Positions 61,420 through 64,000 of a stretch of DNA of 64,000 bases are shown one piece after another. Source of the stretch: Octopus sinensis (lineage: Eukaryota); contig NC_043007.1 in the NCBI RefSeq assembly GCF_006345805.1, positions 71,300,001 to 71,364,000 on the forward strand. The letters run 5' to 3'. The translations under genes and the position numbers were made by a program. Below the pieces are notes generated by a model. The model was given only the letters and a program-made list of their open reading frames with translations. It ran no database searches and was not told the origin of the DNA. Numbering within the stretch: the stretch's first letter is position 1; every line of letters begins with the position of its first letter.

Positions 61420-64000
61420 TTAATGTGCTGGTTAAACAATCAGTTGACTGTTTGTTTGCTAAAGTCCTTTCATCACCATTTGCACCTTGTTAATGACATG
61501 CTTTCTTCAAGGTCTGTCTTGTCATCGTTATTATCTACCAATTTTATAACCAAATATTTATCTTTATTATACCAAACAACTTAAAATATATGCTTACAAT
61601 GGATTTTTTTTATCTATGATGATTAGTTTTAGATTTAAAAAAGAAATTTCATTCTGTACTTGTTGTAAGTGCAGTGTTGAGACCCATTGTCAAGGTATTT
61701 AATTGGTGCAGTTAGTTCTGAATGGGTTAGACTGTGGCTTTAATTGACGAATTTTATGTTTGTTTATAAAGGGTTTTGTTAATTTGCAATTCCAAACTCA
61801 AATCTTAATTGCATTATATTTTGGAGAGGCATTTCTGTGAAGTTAAAAAGGCTAATCACAATGACCTAATTACCCATTGATCTGAGATGGGGTGTATAAT
61901 TATGGAAAAAAAACACAAGCAATTAATATAGTATTACACTGCAGCAAAAATGTCAAAGAACTACATATGAAATACATGTTAAAGTTTTACTAATTGCTTA
62001 TTACTTATCATAAAACACATATTCTCTTAATAATATCTAAATCATTGTTATAATTGTACAGACAGAGACAATTGGTGAAAAAGATTGCTATGCGATTATG
62101 AAGTCACTAGTTCAATCACACTATTGGGTATATCATCTTTTAGCATGATTTTGAGTGGTTGTAAGTCTTGTGAGTGAATTGAATAACTGAGATTGAAGAA
62201 ACTAAATAGAAACTTATTAGTTTGATTCTGGTTAAAATTCAAAGAGCCAGCCTTGTTACATTAATTCTGCCCGAGGATTGCACTGTGAGTATATATGTTT
62301 GTGGAATATGCCGCCACCTCCATGCTATTGGAATGCATTGATAGCTCTGTTGATCAAACATTTGGAATACTCATCGCTGAAACCAACAGAAGATCCAAAA
62401 GCTATAGTTTTTAACTTGGAACATGTAAATATATCACAAGTCTACCGCACAATAAACAAAACAATGTATATTTCCCCATAATATTGCACCCACTACACTC
62501 TTGGAGTGGTTGGCGTTAGGAAGGGCATCCAGCTGTAGAAACTCTGCCGGATCAGATTGGAGTCCGGTGCAGCCATCTGGTTTGTCAGACCTCAGTCAAA
62601 TCATCCAACCCATGCTAGAATAGAAAGTGGACGTTTAAACGATGATGATGGTAAACATATATGTATTGTTCTTATTGTTGTTTGCTGGACATGCTATTAT
62701 GGCAGTGAGAGCGAAGGGAGAAGCTATGTACTTCAGGGAAGAGAATCACATTTTTTTTCTAACTTCTGAGTTCTTTAACTTGTCTCAGTCATTAGACTGT
62801 GACCATGCTGGGGTAACACCTTGAAGAATTTTTAGTCAAACAAATCAACGCCAGTAGTTACATTTTGTTAAGTCTGGACTTATTCTATCAGTCTCTTTTG
62901 CTAAATTGCTAAGTTACAGAGACATAAACACACCAACGCTGGTTGTCAAGTGGTATTGGGGTACAAACACAGACAGAAAAACAGACATCATCATCATTGT
63001 TTAACGTCTGCTTTCCATGCTAGCATGTGTTGGACGATTTGCAGAGTTTCTACAGCTGGATCCCCTTCCTAATGCCAACCACTCCAAGAGTGTATGGGTG
63101 CTTTTACATGCCACTGGCATGAGGACCAGTCAGGCAGTTCTGGTGATGGCCATGCTCAAATGGTGTTTTTTATGTCACCTGCACAGAAGCCAGTCCAGTG
63201 GCACTTGGCAACAACCTCGTTCAAATGTTGTTTTACACATGCCAGTAAGGCAACGCTGGTTATGGTCACACTCAAATAGTGCTTTTTATGTGCCACAGGC
63301 ACAACATATATATATGACAGTCTTCTTTCAGTTTCTGTCTACCAAATCCACTCATAAAGCTTTGGCCGGTTCAAGTTGCTATGCTATAGGACTAAACTCA
63401 GAACCATCTGGTTGGGAAACAAGCTTTTTACCACACAGCCATACGTGTGCCTTGTTGGAAAGTTTTTTTTTTCTCTCCCAGTGAAAGGAAAGGAATGAGA
63501 AGAGCATCCATGTTTTATCACAAGTCTCTATTATTACCAGAATATCCATGTATGGTCTCATTTCAGCTTCACCTGCACAGATTAATTTAGTATGCAGACT
63601 ATTCTGCCAAATGTAATCATTATTTATTCACATTGTTTCGAATTAATCTTGCATTATCTTGTAGCTTTGAGATTTTGATGATATAACTGTTTATTTTTAA
63701 AATGACATTGTAGGGTAGGTGTGAGAAGCAGAATATTTTAACCAGATATGGCCAGTTTAAATGCTAAAGAGTTAAAAGTTTTTGCTTTTTTTCTTACATC
63801 TTTAAGCTAGTCCATCTAAAGTCATTTAAGAGTTGAAATTAATCAGTATTTTGGGGTTTCTTTTTCATACAAAGGAATGGTTGAGAGAAACTGAAAGAGA
63901 AAATTTGTTTTTCGTACTTAGTTCTTAATGTTGTTTCTCTCTATAATTCTTGTCTAGTGTATTCACCTTGTGATACAACCTTGCATACAGCTACCTGTTT

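Noticed and set aside
62062-62127. Candidate next exon (TETIGEKDCYAIMKSLVQSHYW; alternative frame RQLVKKIAMRL*)
   Set aside because: Weak pyrimidine tract and donor. The open frame does not resemble FERM F1, and the FERM-looking frame hits a stop. The next exon is probably beyond the window.

Overview
AT-rich, microsatellite-dense eukaryotic genomic DNA. The SINE, MITE and microsatellite content suggests an octopus or other cephalopod, but this is an inference. The whole window lies inside one large + strand gene. I assembled 15 GT-AG exons by hand (259..60257, 2268 nt, 756 codons, all phases consistent, no stops). They encode MyTH4-FERM-linker-MyTH4-(start of FERM), the tail of an unconventional MyTH4-FERM myosin. 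There is no SH3 between the two modules, which fits class XXII better than class VII. Both gene ends lie outside the window. The introns hold several tRNA-headed SINE families, RTE and R4/Dong-like LINE fossils, a full-length decayed mariner, piggyBac-, hAT- and Merlin-like MITEs, and a probable solo LTR. The most unusual non-coding items are two hammerhead-ribozyme-like motifs with a variant core, a loopless 126-bp palindrome whose transitions are all G-U compatible on the sense strand, GG-ended 8-bp-TSD MITEs carrying a telomere-like motif, and a head-to-tail MITE trimer. Most ORFs in the supplied track are microsatellite or repeat artefacts. No CRISPR array, rRNA or genuine tRNA gene was found. 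Repeat boundaries without a TSD are approximate.
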